From NCBI GenBank assembly GCA_947478395.1, contig CANJVR010000002.1, forward strand, positions 800,001 to 864,000: a DNA stretch of 64,000 bases. The letters are read 5' to 3'. Of the stretch, positions 42,408 to 52,748 are shown piece by piece (position 1 is the stretch's first letter; every line of letters begins with the position of its first letter). The stretch is from Opitutia bacterium (GTDB lineage Bacteria; Verrucomicrobiota; Verrucomicrobiia; Opitutales; Opitutaceae). A program made the position numbers and the translations under genes. The notes beneath the pieces were generated by a model. It worked only from the letters and a program-made list of their open reading frames with translations, had not been told where the DNA came from and did not search any database.

Positions 42408-43730
42408 TCAGTTGCCGAAATCTCCAATGCGTAGAAGCACCGGCGGCTCGAGTACGCTGGGCAGGCGGGCGAGATTTTTCAGCGTCGCCCGAATCGCGCG
42501 CTCGTCGCTCTCGTGCGTCGTCAGCACCAACGAAGCCGCGCCGTCCTGCTCAGCCGGGTTCTGAATTACGCTGGCGATGCTCACATGATGGCGCGCCATG
42601 ACGGATGCGACGCGGGCCAGCACGCCGGGTTGGTCCTTTACGGACAAGCGCACATAGTAACGGCCGCGAATCCGTTCTGGCGGCGCGAGGCGCGGGCTCG
42701 TACCCGCCGCAGGAACGACGTCACCCATATGGTGTGCGCCCTTGCCGTGGCTGAGCAAAGCGACCGCGTCGGCGATATCGCTGATCACGGCACTGGCAGT
42801 CGCGTCCTGGCCCGCGCCGCGTCCAATGTAGAGCGTAGTACCGACGACATCGCCGGTGACGGAGATCGCGTTAAATACGCCGTTGACGTTAGCGAGGACG
42901 TTACCCTCCGGGAGCAGCGTCGGCTGGATGCGGACGCTGAGCTCGTTGGCGGCAAAATCGCGGGTGATGACCGCGAGTAGTTTAATACCGTAGCCGAGCG
43001 TGGCGGCGTTTTTGAAATCGGCGGGCGTGATGCGGCTGATGCCCTCGACGAGCATGCGGTCCGTTTTGACCCAGAGCCCGTGCGCGAGCCAAGTCAGGAC
43101 GGACGCCTTGTGCGCGGTGTCCCAACCATCGACATCGAGCGATTCGTCGGCTTCGGCGTAACCGAGGCTTTTCGCGGCCGCGAGGACCTCGGCGTACGGT
43201 GCGTTGCGTTCCTCCATCTGAGTGAGGATGTAATTACACGTGCCGTTGAGAATGCCGTAGATGAGCGGAAACCGATTCGCGACGAGACCCTCGCGCAGGG
43301 CTTTGATGAGCGGGATACCGCCGGCCACGCTGGCCTCGAAAAAGAAATGGCCGCCATGTTTGCGGGCGGTGGCAAAAATTTCCGCGCCGTGCGCACAGAT
43401 CAGCGCCTTGTTGGCGGAGACGACGATTTTGCCCGCGGACAATGCGGCGAGCGTGACCTGACGCGCCAGACCGGTCCCGCCCATGAGTTCGCATACGATG
43501 TCGATCTTGGGATCGGTGGCGATGGCGAGCGGATCGGCGGTGAGCTTGGCGGCGGGAATTTTCACGTCCCGCTTTTTCCGCAAATCGCGTACCGCGGCGC
43601 GAGCGAGCACGAGTTTGGCGCCGAGGCGCGCTTCGAGTTCTGGACGCGCGCGCTCGAGATGTTTCCACACCCCCTGCCCGACGGTGCCAAACCCACAAAT
43701 GCCGATCTGAATCGTGCGCGTGAGGCTCAT
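42408..43730 (-). CDS. hom: homoserine dehydrogenase with C-terminal ACT domain
   Basis: GICGFGTVG, VSANKA, FEASVAGGIP, GILNGTCNYIL, GYAEADESLDVDG, DQPGVLA. Confidence 0.95.
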   Translation of the reverse strand: MSLTRTIQIGICGFGTVGQGVWKHLERARPELEARLGAKLVLARAAVRDLRKKRDVKIPAAKLTADPLAIATDPKIDIVCELMGGTGLARQVTLAALSAGKIVVSANKALICAHGAEIFATARKHGGHFFFEASVAGGIPLIKALREGLVANRFPLIYGILNGTCNYILTQMEERNAPYAEVLAAAKSLGYAEADESLDVDGWDTAHKASVLTWLAHGLWVKTDRMLVEGISRITPADFKNAATLGYGIKLLAVITRDFAANELSVRIQPTLLPEGNVLANVNGVFNAISVTGDVVGTTLYIGRGAGQDATASAVISDIADAVALLSHGKGAHHMGDVVPAAGTSPRLAPPERIRGRYYVRLSVKDQPGVLARVASVMARHHVSIASVIQNPAEQDGAASLVLTTHESDERAIRATLKNLARLPSVLEPPVLLRIGDFGN

Positions 43731-44365
43731 GTCGCGGAGGAGGACGGGGATTTCTTCACGAACTTGTTTTCAGTCCCGTTAAGCAAACGGGAAATATTCG
43801 CCCGGTGCCGCAGGATCACGATCGCGCCGACGAGCACGCCCATCGCAATGAGCACGTTGGGGCGGCCGAGCGCCCAAGCCGAAAGCGGCAGGGCCAGCGC
43901 GGCGAGAATGGATGCGACGGAAACGTAGCGCGTAAGAAAAAAAGCCGCCATCCAGATCGCGATGCAGATGACCGCACTGAGTGGCAGCAAGACCAGCAGA
44001 CCGCCGGACGCCGTGGCCACGCCCTTGCCGCCGCGAAATTTCGTGAAGCACGAAAAGCTGTGGCCGATCAGCGCAAAAATAAATCCGGCGATCGCACCAA
44101 AAAGCGACCCGTCATGGTCAGCAAGCGAAGGGACAAAGGAAATCTGCAGCGGCCAGAATGCGGCGACGGCTCCCTTGAGCGCATCGAGCGCGAACACCAG
44201 ATTTCCCGGCCCGGCGCCCAGCACGCGGCGAACGTTGGTCGCCCCCGGATTTTTGCTGCCGACTTCGAAGATATTCACGCCCTTCGCGCGCGCGACGAGG
44301 TAGCCCACGGGGATTGCACCCAGCAGGTAGCCAACGACGGCAGCAACGAAGAACATGGCTGGCAT
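43727..44365 (-). CDS. plsY: glycerol-3-phosphate acyltransferase
   Basis: GYLLGAIP, GSKNPGATNV, GHSF...FRGGKGVAT, RHRANISRL motifs; start ATG 44365 or 44356. Confidence 0.94.
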   Translation of the reverse strand: MPAMFFVAAVVGYLLGAIPVGYLVARAKGVNIFEVGSKNPGATNVRRVLGAGPGNLVFALDALKGAVAAFWPLQISFVPSLADHDGSLFGAIAGFIFALIGHSFSCFTKFRGGKGVATASGGLLVLLPLSAVICIAIWMAAFFLTRYVSVASILAALALPLSAWALGRPNVLIAMGVLVGAIVILRHRANISRLLNGTENKFVKKSPSSSAT

Positions 44366-44456
44366 GGTGGCGGGGCGCGTCAGCGACAACGCGCCAAAAA
44401 CAAACCCGGCGGATGAGGGATCATTCGCCCTGGCTTGGAACTGTTAATCCGTTCAC

Positions 44457-46046
44457 TCACAGCTGCACGAACTTCGCCTGCTTGATGGCGGCGTGGCTCT
44501 TGATGATTTTACGCGCGGCCTCGCTCGGCTCGGTGTCGACGCGCACGACCATGTAAGCCGTACCACCGGGCGCGAGGCGGCTGAGGGACATGTCGGCGAT
44601 GTTGACCTTGTCCTGGCCGAGAATCGTGCCGACTTCCCCGACCATGCCGGGCTGATCAAGATTTTCGAGGACGAGCAATTTGCCCTCCGCAGCGACTTCG
44701 ACCTCGCGGCCATTAATGCTGACGATACGGGCCTGGTTGCCTTTGCCGATGAGCGTGCCAGCGGCGGAATATACGGTGCCGTCGGGCGCCGTCACTTCGA
44801 GCTGGATCAACTCGGTATAGCCGGAATCCGACGTGGATTTGACGACCTCGGCCTTGACGCCGAGCCGCTCGAGCGCGAAGGGCGCATTCACAAAGTTGAT
44901 GCCCTCGCCGCTGATGCGCCGCAGGTACCCGCGAATAATAGCGCGCGTGACCGAGTTGGAATCGAGGTCCACGATTTTGCCCCAATAGGTGATGCGGAGC
45001 GTCGAAACCTGCGCTGGTGCGATCTGTTGCACGAGCGTCCCGAGCTTGGCGCCGAGATCAAGGTAGGGTCCGAGAATCTTCAAGGCCGCAGCGTCGATCG
45101 AAGGCATGTTGACGGCGTTGCGGATGACACCGCCGTTGAGGACGTCGGCGATCTGTTCGGCGACTTCGATGCCAACGGATTCCTGCGCCTCGGCGGTGGA
45201 TGCACCAAGATGCGGCGTGAGGGTGACGTTCGGCAGGCTGCGCAGTTCGCTGTCCTTCGCGAGCGGCTCGTCCTCGAACACGTCGAGACCGGCGGCGGCG
45301 ACCTGACCGGATTTTAGCGCGGCGATGAGGGCGGCTTCCTTGATGATACCGCCACGGGCGCAGTTGAAGATCCGCAAGCCCTTTTTCGCCTTCGCGAAGG
45401 CGGCCTCGTCGATCATATACTTCGTGTCGTCGGTCAACGGCATGTGCACCGTGATGTAATCGGACTGAACCAAAAGCTCGTCGAGGGTAACGGCCTCGAT
45501 CTGCATCGCCTTGGCGCGGCTCGGAGCAAGGTAAGGATCATAGGCTAAAACGCGCATGCCGAAAGCCTGGGCGCGTTTGGCGACTTCACTGCCGATGCGG
45601 CCGAGACCGACGATGCCGAGTGTTTTGCGGAAAAGCTCAATGCCGGAGAAACTTTTGCGATCCCATTGCCCAGCGCGCATCGATGCAGCGGCCTGCGGAA
45701 CGGGACGCGCGCCGCATAGCAAGTGGGTGAAGGTCAACTCCGCCGTGGCGATGGTGTTGCCTGATGGCGTGTTCATCACGATCACACCGCGTTCCGTGGC
45801 AGCTTCGACATCGACGTTGTCCACGCCCACCCCAGCGCGGCCCACAACCTTCAGTAACGGAGCGGCCGCGATGACCTCAGCGGTAATTTTGGTCTCCGAC
45901 CGCACCGCGATGGCGTGCACATCTTTAACCAGCTCCAGCACCTGCGCTGGAGAAGACCCGTAGGCTTCAATTACTTCCAAGCCGGGCTGCTGGCGCAGAT
46001 AGGCTACTCCTTTAGGTGAGATCTTGTCAGCGACGAGGACTTTCAT
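44457..46046 (-). CDS. serA: D-3-phosphoglycerate dehydrogenase (long form with ASB and ACT domains)
   Basis: RAGVGVDNVD, GLGRIG, NCARGG, DVFEDEP, TPHLGASTAEAQ, DQPGMVG. Confidence 0.96.
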   Translation of the reverse strand: MKVLVADKISPKGVAYLRQQPGLEVIEAYGSSPAQVLELVKDVHAIAVRSETKITAEVIAAAPLLKVVGRAGVGVDNVDVEAATERGVIVMNTPSGNTIATAELTFTHLLCGARPVPQAAASMRAGQWDRKSFSGIELFRKTLGIVGLGRIGSEVAKRAQAFGMRVLAYDPYLAPSRAKAMQIEAVTLDELLVQSDYITVHMPLTDDTKYMIDEAAFAKAKKGLRIFNCARGGIIKEAALIAALKSGQVAAAGLDVFEDEPLAKDSELRSLPNVTLTPHLGASTAEAQESVGIEVAEQIADVLNGGVIRNAVNMPSIDAAALKILGPYLDLGAKLGTLVQQIAPAQVSTLRITYWGKIVDLDSNSVTRAIIRGYLRRISGEGINFVNAPFALERLGVKAEVVKSTSDSGYTELIQLEVTAPDGTVYSAAGTLIGKGNQARIVSINGREVEVAAEGKLLVLENLDQPGMVGEVGTILGQDKVNIADMSLSRLAPGGTAYMVVRVDTEPSEAARKIIKSHAAIKQAKFVQL

Positions 46047-46147
46047 GGGCACGAGTGGTTATAAAGGGAAACTTGCGCCGCGGTGCTAGCAAGGAAAAGG
46101 TTTGGGATTTGACGGAGCGCTTGAGTCGGTGAGAAACCCAACCACGG

Positions 46148-46162
46148 TGGCATATATTTTGT
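46148..46162 (+). promoter_or_regulatory. possible sigma54 (-24/-12) promoter for the second RND operon
   Basis: TGGCATATATTTTGT versus consensus TGGCACG-N4-TTGC: spacing correct, but the -12 C is replaced by T. Confidence 0.25.
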
Positions 46163-46297
46163 GAGCGAAGCCCTGACAACTCAGCGTCTTTTCATCTCGC
46201 AAAGCGTCATGCCCGCGACGCCGCCGGGTGTATTCTCGCAATCATCATCTACTCCGTTCATCTAACCTCTCCTGTTCGCACTGACGCTTCTTTCATC

Positions 46298-47596
46298 ATG
46301 GCTTCGACCCTGCCGACCCCATCCCGTTCGCTTCAATTTTTAATTCTGTTTAGCTTTGTCCTCGGCTCGACCGGGTGTGGATCTAAAGAAGCCGCCGCGC
46401 CCGAAGGCGCCGCGCCTGCCGGCCAACGGGGCGGCGGAGCTGGTGGCGCTGGCGGCCGCCGCGGGGGCGGCGGCGGTCTACCTCCAGTGCTCGTGGGCAA
46501 AGCTCAGCGCAAGGTCATGCCTCTCACGCTTGAAGCCATCGGCGCCGTCGAACCGATTCGCACTGCGGCTCTGCGCTCGCAGGTGACGGGTGTGCTGCTG
46601 AAGCTGCACTTTCAAGAAGGGCAGGACGTAAAACAGGGAGATCTTCTTTTCGAGATCGATTCCCGCCCCTTTCAAAATGCGGTGCGCTCCACCGAGGCCG
46701 ATCTTGAAAGGCTCCAGGTTCAACTCGGCACCGCCCAAGCCCAAGTCGCGCGCTACCGCAGCCTCAACGAGCAGTCCATGGTCTCCAAGGAACAGTTTCA
46801 GGCGATCTCGGACAGCGAACGCGCCCTGCAAGCGCAGATCGCTTCCAGCAAAGCCGCCAACGCAAACGCCAAACTGCAACTCGAGTACTGCTCGATCCGC
46901 GCCCCGCTTTCCGGTCGCACCGGAAATGTCGGCGCCCACGAGGGCGATCTCGTCCGCGCCAGCGACGCAGCGGTTTCGCTGGTCACGATCCACCAGCTGA
47001 GTCCGATTTACGTGACGTTCGGCGTGCCGCAACAAAACCTCGCCACGATCAGCCGCTATCGCAGCGAAGGCGCCATCGCAGTTACGGCCGCACCGTCGGG
47101 TACAGAGGAAGCCACGGACAAGGGCCAACTCACGTTCATCGACAACGCCGTCGAAGCCACCACCGGCACGATCAAATTAAAAGCGACCTTCCCGAACGAC
47201 GCGCTTCGCCTTTGGCCCGGCCAGTTCGCCTCTATCCGCATCACGCTCGCCGAGCCCGAAATGCTCACCGTCCCCACCATCGCGGTGCAAAACGATCAGA
47301 AGGGGCAACATGTTTTTGTCGTCACCGCCAACCAGACCGCCGAACTTCGCGATGTCGTCGTCGAGCGTTCCTTCGGCGGCGATTCCGTCATCGCCAAGGG
47401 ACTGAGCGTAGGAGAAACGATCATCACTGACGGCCATCTCCGGGTGTTACCAGGCCGGCCCGTGGACGTAAAATCCCCGCTTAACGAGGGCGACAGCGCC
47501 ACCCGGGGCAACATACCGGGCCGCGGCCGGGGCAATTCCAAAGCCCCCGGCTCGTCGGAAACCGCCGCTCCTGCCTCAGGAACTCCGACGCCATGA
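46298..47596 (+). CDS. RND efflux periplasmic adaptor (lipoprotein-type)
   Basis: Signal ending STGC, LRSQVTG, IRAPLSGRTG, IDNAVEATTGTIKLKA, LWPGQF. Confidence 0.92.
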   Translation: MASTLPTPSRSLQFLILFSFVLGSTGCGSKEAAAPEGAAPAGQRGGGAGGAGGRRGGGGGLPPVLVGKAQRKVMPLTLEAIGAVEPIRTAALRSQVTGVLLKLHFQEGQDVKQGDLLFEIDSRPFQNAVRSTEADLERLQVQLGTAQAQVARYRSLNEQSMVSKEQFQAISDSERALQAQIASSKAANANAKLQLEYCSIRAPLSGRTGNVGAHEGDLVRASDAAVSLVTIHQLSPIYVTFGVPQQNLATISRYRSEGAIAVTAAPSGTEEATDKGQLTFIDNAVEATTGTIKLKATFPNDALRLWPGQFASIRITLAEPEMLTVPTIAVQNDQKGQHVFVVTANQTAELRDVVVERSFGGDSVIAKGLSVGETIITDGHLRVLPGRPVDVKSPLNEGDSATRGNIPGRGRGNSKAPGSSETAAPASGTPTP

Positions 47597-50500
47597 ACAT
47601 CCCCGCGTTTTTTATCCGCCGGCCGGTCATGACGACCTTGGTCACGACGGCGATCACGATCTTCGGGGTCATGGCCTATCGGACCCTGCCGGTTAACGAT
47701 CTTCCGAACATCGATATTCCGACGATCAATGTAAATGCCAGCCTCCCGGGCGCGAGTCCCGAGACCATGGCCTCATCGGTCGCCACGCCACTCGAGCAGC
47801 AATTCTCCACCATCGCCGGAATTGAGTCGATGACGTCGAGCAGTTCGCTCGGTAGCACCAGTATCACGCTTCAATTCAGTCTCGATCGCTCAATCGATGG
47901 CGCCGCTCAGGATGTCCAATCTGCGATCGCTGCCGTCGCCCGGCGTTTGCCGCAGGACATGCCGAGCCCACCCTCGTTTCGCAAATCGAACCCAGCCGAC
48001 GATCCCATCATCAATCTGGCGCTGAGCTCTACCACCCTGCCGCTTTCCGAAGTAGACGAGTATGCGGAGACGTTGATTGCCCAGCGTATTTCCACCGTGA
48101 GCGGCGTCGCCCAAGTCACGGTATACGGCGCGCAAAAATATGCGGTCCGCGTCAAGATCGATCCCCGCGCCCTCATTGCCCGCGGCATCGGTCTCGACGA
48201 GGTTCGCACCGCGCTGAACACGGCAAACGTCAACCTGCCCACGGGTACACTCGACGGCAACGAACAGTCCCTCACGCTGCAGGCGAACGGCCAGCTTAAG
48301 AACGCCGACGCGTTCCGGCGCGTGATCATCACCTACCGCAACGGCGCGCCCGTTCGTCTTTCCGACGTCGCCGTCGTGCTCGACAGCGTGCAAAACGACA
48401 AGACCGCGAGCTGGTTTAGCAACGATCACGGCGAATTCGAACGCTGCATCCTCCTGAACGTGCAACGTCAGCCCGGCACGAACACCATCGATGTGGTCAA
48501 CGGGATCAAAGCGCTCCTGCCCGAAATTTCTGCGCAGCTACCGTCCAGCGTCACGCTCCGCACCACGGTCGATCGCTCGATCGCAATTCGCGAATCCGTT
48601 TCCGACGTAAAGTTCACGCTCATTCTCGCGATCGTGCTGGTCGTGCTCGTGATCTTCCTCTTCCTGCGGTCGCTGTCGGCCACGATTATCCCGAGCATCG
48701 CGATGCCGATCGCGGTCATCGGCACCTTCGCCGTGATGTTTTTCTGCGGGTTCACGATCGATAATCTTTCGCTGCTGGCCCTCACCCTTTCAGTGGGCTT
48801 CGTCGTAGACGATGCCATCGTGATGCTCGAAAACATCATCCGGCACATTGAAAAGGGCGAACCGGTGATGGAAGCCGCCCTCAACGGCTCCCGCGAAATC
48901 GGGTTCACGATCATCTCAATGACCATCTCGCTGGTGGCCGTCTTTATTCCAGTGCTGTTCATGAACGGCGTCCTCGGCCGGCTACTGCACGAGTTCGCCA
49001 TCACCATCAGCGCGGCGATTCTCGTTTCCGGTTTCATCTCGCTCACGCTGACCCCGATGTTGTGCAGCCGTTTTCTTAAACCCATCAAGCACGGGGCCGA
49101 CCACAACCGCTTCTATAAAATCACGGAGGGCGCCTTCCAAGGCACCCTCAACCTTTACGAGCGCAGCCTTAAGTTTTCCCTGCGCCACCGTCGCATCACC
49201 ATGCTGATCGCGGCCAGCACGATCGGCGTCACGCTCTACCTTTTGGGCGCCGTGCCAAAGGGCTTCATCCCCACGGACGATACCGGCCGCCTCAACCTTA
49301 ACGTCGAAGCCGCGCAAAACACGTCCTACGACGCGATGATCAAATACCAGCGGGCCGCGGCGGAAGTTGTCCGGAAGAATCCTTACATCGAGGCCGCGTT
49401 TTCCAGCGTGGGCGGCGGTGGTTTCGGCGGTGGCGGCGGTGGTGGTGGCAGTAACACCGGCCGCTTCGGCATCCGTCTCGTCGACCGCAAACTGCGGCCC
49501 TCCGCGGACCGGGTCGCTCAAATGCTCCGGACAGAACTTTCCAAGATCCCCGGCATCCGCGCCGTCCCGCAGGTGCCACCCAGCATCCGCATCGGTGGAC
49601 GTCAGTCGGCCGCCGTGTACCAGTATTCGCTCTACGGCACCGATCTGCAGGAACTCTACCGGGTGGCGCCCGGCTTTGAGCAGAAAATCCGCGAGATTTC
49701 CGGCGTGATCGATGTCTCTTCAGATCTCCTTGTCACGAGTCCGCAGCTGCTGGTCGATATCGACCGCGACAAAGCCTCGTCGCTCAACGTCTCGGCCCAG
49801 CAAATCGAAGATGTACTCTACAGCGCATTCGGCTCGCGCCAGGTCTCGACCATCTACACCCCGACCAACCAATACTTCGTGATCCTCGAACTGGACGACC
49901 GTTACCAGAAGGACTCGCGATCGCTGTCGATGATTTATCTGCGCAACAAAGAGGGAAGACTGATTCCGCTCGATGCCGTGACGACGCGCCGTACGACCGT
50001 GGGCCCACTCACCGTCACCCACCTTGGGCAACTGCCGTCGGTCACGGTTTCCTTCAACCTAGCCCCGGGCATTTCGCTCAGCGACGTGACCACGGAAATC
50101 CAAGCGCTCGCACTTCGCGAACTGCCCGCGACAATCGGCTCGACGTTCCAAGGTACAGCGGCCGCCTTCACGAGTTCATTGAAAGGCCTCGGCGCTCTGC
50201 TGCTTGTGGCCGTGCTCGTGATCTACCTCGTCTTGGGCGTGCTCTACGAAGATTTCGTGCACCCCATCACGATTCTTTCCGGTCTGCCGTCCGCCAGTTT
50301 CGGCGCCCTGATCACACTGCTACTGTTTAAAGAAGAGCTGAACATCTATGGGTACGTGGGATTGATCATGCTCATCGGTATCGTGAAGAAAAACGCGATC
50401 ATGATGATCGACTTCGCGCTCGAAGCGCAGCGGGTGCGCGGCCGCAGCGCAGCTGATTCCATCTACGAAGCCTGCGTGGTCCGCTTCCGGCCCATCATGA

Positions 50501-50730
50501 TGACCACGCTCGCGGCCTTGGCCGGCACGCTGCCGATCGCCCTCGGCTGGGGCGCGGGGGCCGAATCCCGCCGCACGCTCGGCCTGGCCGTCGTCGGCGG
50601 GTTGCTGGTGTCGCAACTCCTCACGCTCTACATCACGCCGGTCTTCTACCTTTACATGGAACGCTTCACGAAGCTCATCTCGCCGAAGCCCGTGCCTGCA
50701 CCCGCCTTGGCCGGAGCGCAAACGACCTGA
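47593..50730 (+). CDS. RND efflux permease (MdtB/C-related HAE1)
   Basis: [45 protein letters not shown]. Confidence 0.93.
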   Translation: MNIPAFFIRRPVMTTLVTTAITIFGVMAYRTLPVNDLPNIDIPTINVNASLPGASPETMASSVATPLEQQFSTIAGIESMTSSSSLGSTSITLQFSLDRSIDGAAQDVQSAIAAVARRLPQDMPSPPSFRKSNPADDPIINLALSSTTLPLSEVDEYAETLIAQRISTVSGVAQVTVYGAQKYAVRVKIDPRALIARGIGLDEVRTALNTANVNLPTGTLDGNEQSLTLQANGQLKNADAFRRVIITYRNGAPVRLSDVAVVLDSVQNDKTASWFSNDHGEFERCILLNVQRQPGTNTIDVVNGIKALLPEISAQLPSSVTLRTTVDRSIAIRESVSDVKFTLILAIVLVVLVIFLFLRSLSATIIPSIAMPIAVIGTFAVMFFCGFTIDNLSLLALTLSVGFVVDDAIVMLENIIRHIEKGEPVMEAALNGSREIGFTIISMTISLVAVFIPVLFMNGVLGRLLHEFAITISAAILVSGFISLTLTPMLCSRFLKPIKHGADHNRFYKITEGAFQGTLNLYERSLKFSLRHRRITMLIAASTIGVTLYLLGAVPKGFIPTDDTGRLNLNVEAAQNTSYDAMIKYQRAAAEVVRKNPYIEAAFSSVGGGGFGGGGGGGGSNTGRFGIRLVDRKLRPSADRVAQMLRTELSKIPGIRAVPQVPPSIRIGGRQSAAVYQYSLYGTDLQELYRVAPGFEQKIREISGVIDVSSDLLVTSPQLLVDIDRDKASSLNVSAQQIEDVLYSAFGSRQVSTIYTPTNQYFVILELDDRYQKDSRSLSMIYLRNKEGRLIPLDAVTTRRTTVGPLTVTHLGQLPSVTVSFNLAPGISLSDVTTEIQALALRELPATIGSTFQGTAAAFTSSLKGLGALLLVAVLVIYLVLGVLYEDFVHPITILSGLPSASFGALITLLLFKEELNIYGYVGLIMLIGIVKKNAIMMIDFALEAQRVRGRSAADSIYEACVVRFRPIMMTTLAALAGTLPIALGWGAGAESRRTLGLAVVGGLLVSQLLTLYITPVFYLYMERFTKLISPKPVPAPALAGAQTT

Positions 50731-50734
50731 GTTT

Positions 50735-50797
50735 CATCGCACCCCGCTTTGGCCCGTGCTCCGAAAAATTGGAGCGCGGGCTAAACCCGGGCTCTAC
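50735..50797. repeat. GTAG-type REP doublet between convergent genes, possible bidirectional terminator
   Basis: TTTGGCCCGTGCTCC-N8-GGAGCGCGGGCTAAA stem; the right arm read on the minus strand is GTAGAGCCCGGGTTTAGCCCGCG, directly after the nemA stop. Confidence 0.7.
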
Positions 50798-51847
50798 TCA
50801 TAAAGCAGGGTAATCCGTATACCCCCGCGCATCGCCGCCATAAAACGTAGCCGCATCCGGCGGGTTCAGCGGCGCTCCGCTCCGAAACCGCTGCGGTAAA
50901 TCCGGATTGGCGATAAACAGTTTCCCAAACGCCACCGCGTCGGCCTCCCCGTCCTCGATCGCCTGCCGCGCGCTCTCCGCCGTGAAATTTTGATTCGCGA
51001 TGTAAACGCCACCGAACGCCTGCTTCAGTTTGGGCCCGAGGCGCTGCTCATCATACGCTTCACGCGCGCACAGAAAGGCGATCTTCCGCCGCCCTAGCTC
51101 CCGCGCGAGGTACCCAAAAGTCGTCGCCGGATCGCTATCGCTGACGCCGTGCGAACCACCGCGCGGCGCGAGATGATAACCCACACGATCTGCTCCCCAA
51201 ACGGCAATCGCCGCATCCGTCACCTCGAGCGCCAGCCGGGCTCTATTCTCGACGGAGCCGCCGTAGTCATCGGTGCGCCGGTTGGATCCATCCTGCAAAA
51301 ACTGGTCGATCAAATAGCCGTTCGCGCCGTGAATCTCCACCCCGTCGAATCCGGCACGTTGCGCATTTTCCGCTCCACGGCGGTACGCGGCGACGACCGC
51401 GGGAATTTCGGACCGCTCCAACGCGCGCGGTACGACGAAGGGTTTATGCGGCTGCAACAAACTAACGTGTCCGGGTGCGGCAACGGCGCTGGGCGCAACC
51501 GGAAGTTCACCGTTCAGGTAGAGCGGGTCGGAAATACGACCAACATGCCAGAGCTGAAGCAGCACACGCCCGCCCGCAGCGCGCACGGCCGACGTGATTT
51601 CACGCCAACCGGAAATCTGTTCATCGCTCCAGATGCCGGGCGTGTCGGGATAGCCCACGCCCATCGGATCGACCGCCGTGGCCTCGCTCAAAATAAACCC
51701 GGCGGAGGCCCGCTGCACGTAGTAGTCACGCATGAGCGCGTTGGGCACCCGCCCGGCAGAGGCACGGCAGCGCGTGAGCGGAGCCATGATGATTCGATTC
51801 GGGAGCGTGAGCGCCCCCACCTGAAGCGGTTCGTGCAGTTTGGACAT
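50798..51847 (-). CDS. nemA: old-yellow-enzyme alkene reductase (NemA/XenB-like)
   Basis: MAPLTRCRA, QLWHVGR, EIHGANGYLIDQF, RTDDYGGS, FIANPDL; ATG 51847. Confidence 0.9.
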   Translation of the reverse strand: MSKLHEPLQVGALTLPNRIIMAPLTRCRASAGRVPNALMRDYYVQRASAGFILSEATAVDPMGVGYPDTPGIWSDEQISGWREITSAVRAAGGRVLLQLWHVGRISDPLYLNGELPVAPSAVAAPGHVSLLQPHKPFVVPRALERSEIPAVVAAYRRGAENAQRAGFDGVEIHGANGYLIDQFLQDGSNRRTDDYGGSVENRARLALEVTDAAIAVWGADRVGYHLAPRGGSHGVSDSDPATTFGYLARELGRRKIAFLCAREAYDEQRLGPKLKQAFGGVYIANQNFTAESARQAIEDGEADAVAFGKLFIANPDLPQRFRSGAPLNPPDAATFYGGDARGYTDYPAL

Positions 51848-51947
51848 GCACCGCATCTAGATGGGTAAAAATCCGTCCGGCGCAAACGCTCAGGGCCAAA
51901 TCGCGTTTCCTCTTTTCAGGCAGACCCATTCGCGTCGGACTCCATTC

Positions 51948-52550
51948 ATGCCGGACTCACCTGCCACTCACCTCGCCCGCCAGATCGAATTCATCGTCGA
52001 GACCGACCGGCTGAAAAATATCTTCCGTCAGACCGTCAACATCCACGGCGGCCGCGCCGAAAATGACGCCGAGCATTCCTGGGCGCTTTGCCTGCTGGTA
52101 ATCACCCTCGCCGAGCATGCCAACGTTCCCGATCTCGACGTGCTCCGCGTTTTAAAAATGGTGATCCTCCACGACCTCGTGGAGATCGATGCCGGGGACA
52201 CGTTCGCCTACGACACGAAGAACATGGCCGACCAACACGCCCGCGAAGCGCTCGCCGCCGATCGCATTTTTGGGCTGCTGCCAGCGACCCTGGCCGCCGA
52301 GTTTCGCGCGCTCTGGGACGACTTCGAGGCGCGCCAAACTCCGGAGTCGAAATTCGCCGCTGCCGTCGATCGCTTCCACCCGATGCTACTCAACTGCCGC
52401 ACGGAAGGCGCGGCGTGGCGCAAACACGGTGTCACCAGCGACCGCGTGCTCGCGCGCAACGCCCACATCGCCGAGGGCAGCACCGCACTTTGGGCCTACG
52501 CGCAAGAAATGCTCAGCGCGGCCGTCTCCGCCGGGCACCTGAAGGAGTGA
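51948..52550 (+). CDS. HD-domain phosphohydrolase (HD_3; YfbR/HDDC2-like)
   Basis: DRLKNIFRQ, ENDAEHSW, HDLVEIDAGD, AAAVDR; ATG 51948. Confidence 0.88.
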   Translation: MPDSPATHLARQIEFIVETDRLKNIFRQTVNIHGGRAENDAEHSWALCLLVITLAEHANVPDLDVLRVLKMVILHDLVEIDAGDTFAYDTKNMADQHAREALAADRIFGLLPATLAAEFRALWDDFEARQTPESKFAAAVDRFHPMLLNCRTEGAAWRKHGVTSDRVLARNAHIAEGSTALWAYAQEMLSAAVSAGHLKE

Positions 52551-52711
52551 CGCTAAGGCACCGTAGGGTGGCCACAAATAGGCCCTGAAATTCCGTTTCC
52601 TCCCGGACCAATCCCTTCCGCCCTAGGTGCCATTCCCACTCAGTTGTAGCCTTAGGATTTTTGGCGCCCCTTTGCGCCGAATCTCCGAGAGATCAAGCGC
52701 CCCCACCGTGC

Positions 52712-52739
52712 TTGCACCCCACCCGCCCCACCCTACGCT
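52712..52739 (+). promoter_or_regulatory. candidate sigma70-type promoter of sod
   Basis: TTGCAC-N16-TACGCT, 9 nt before ATG 52749. Confidence 0.45.
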
Positions 52740-52748
52740 GCGCGCATC

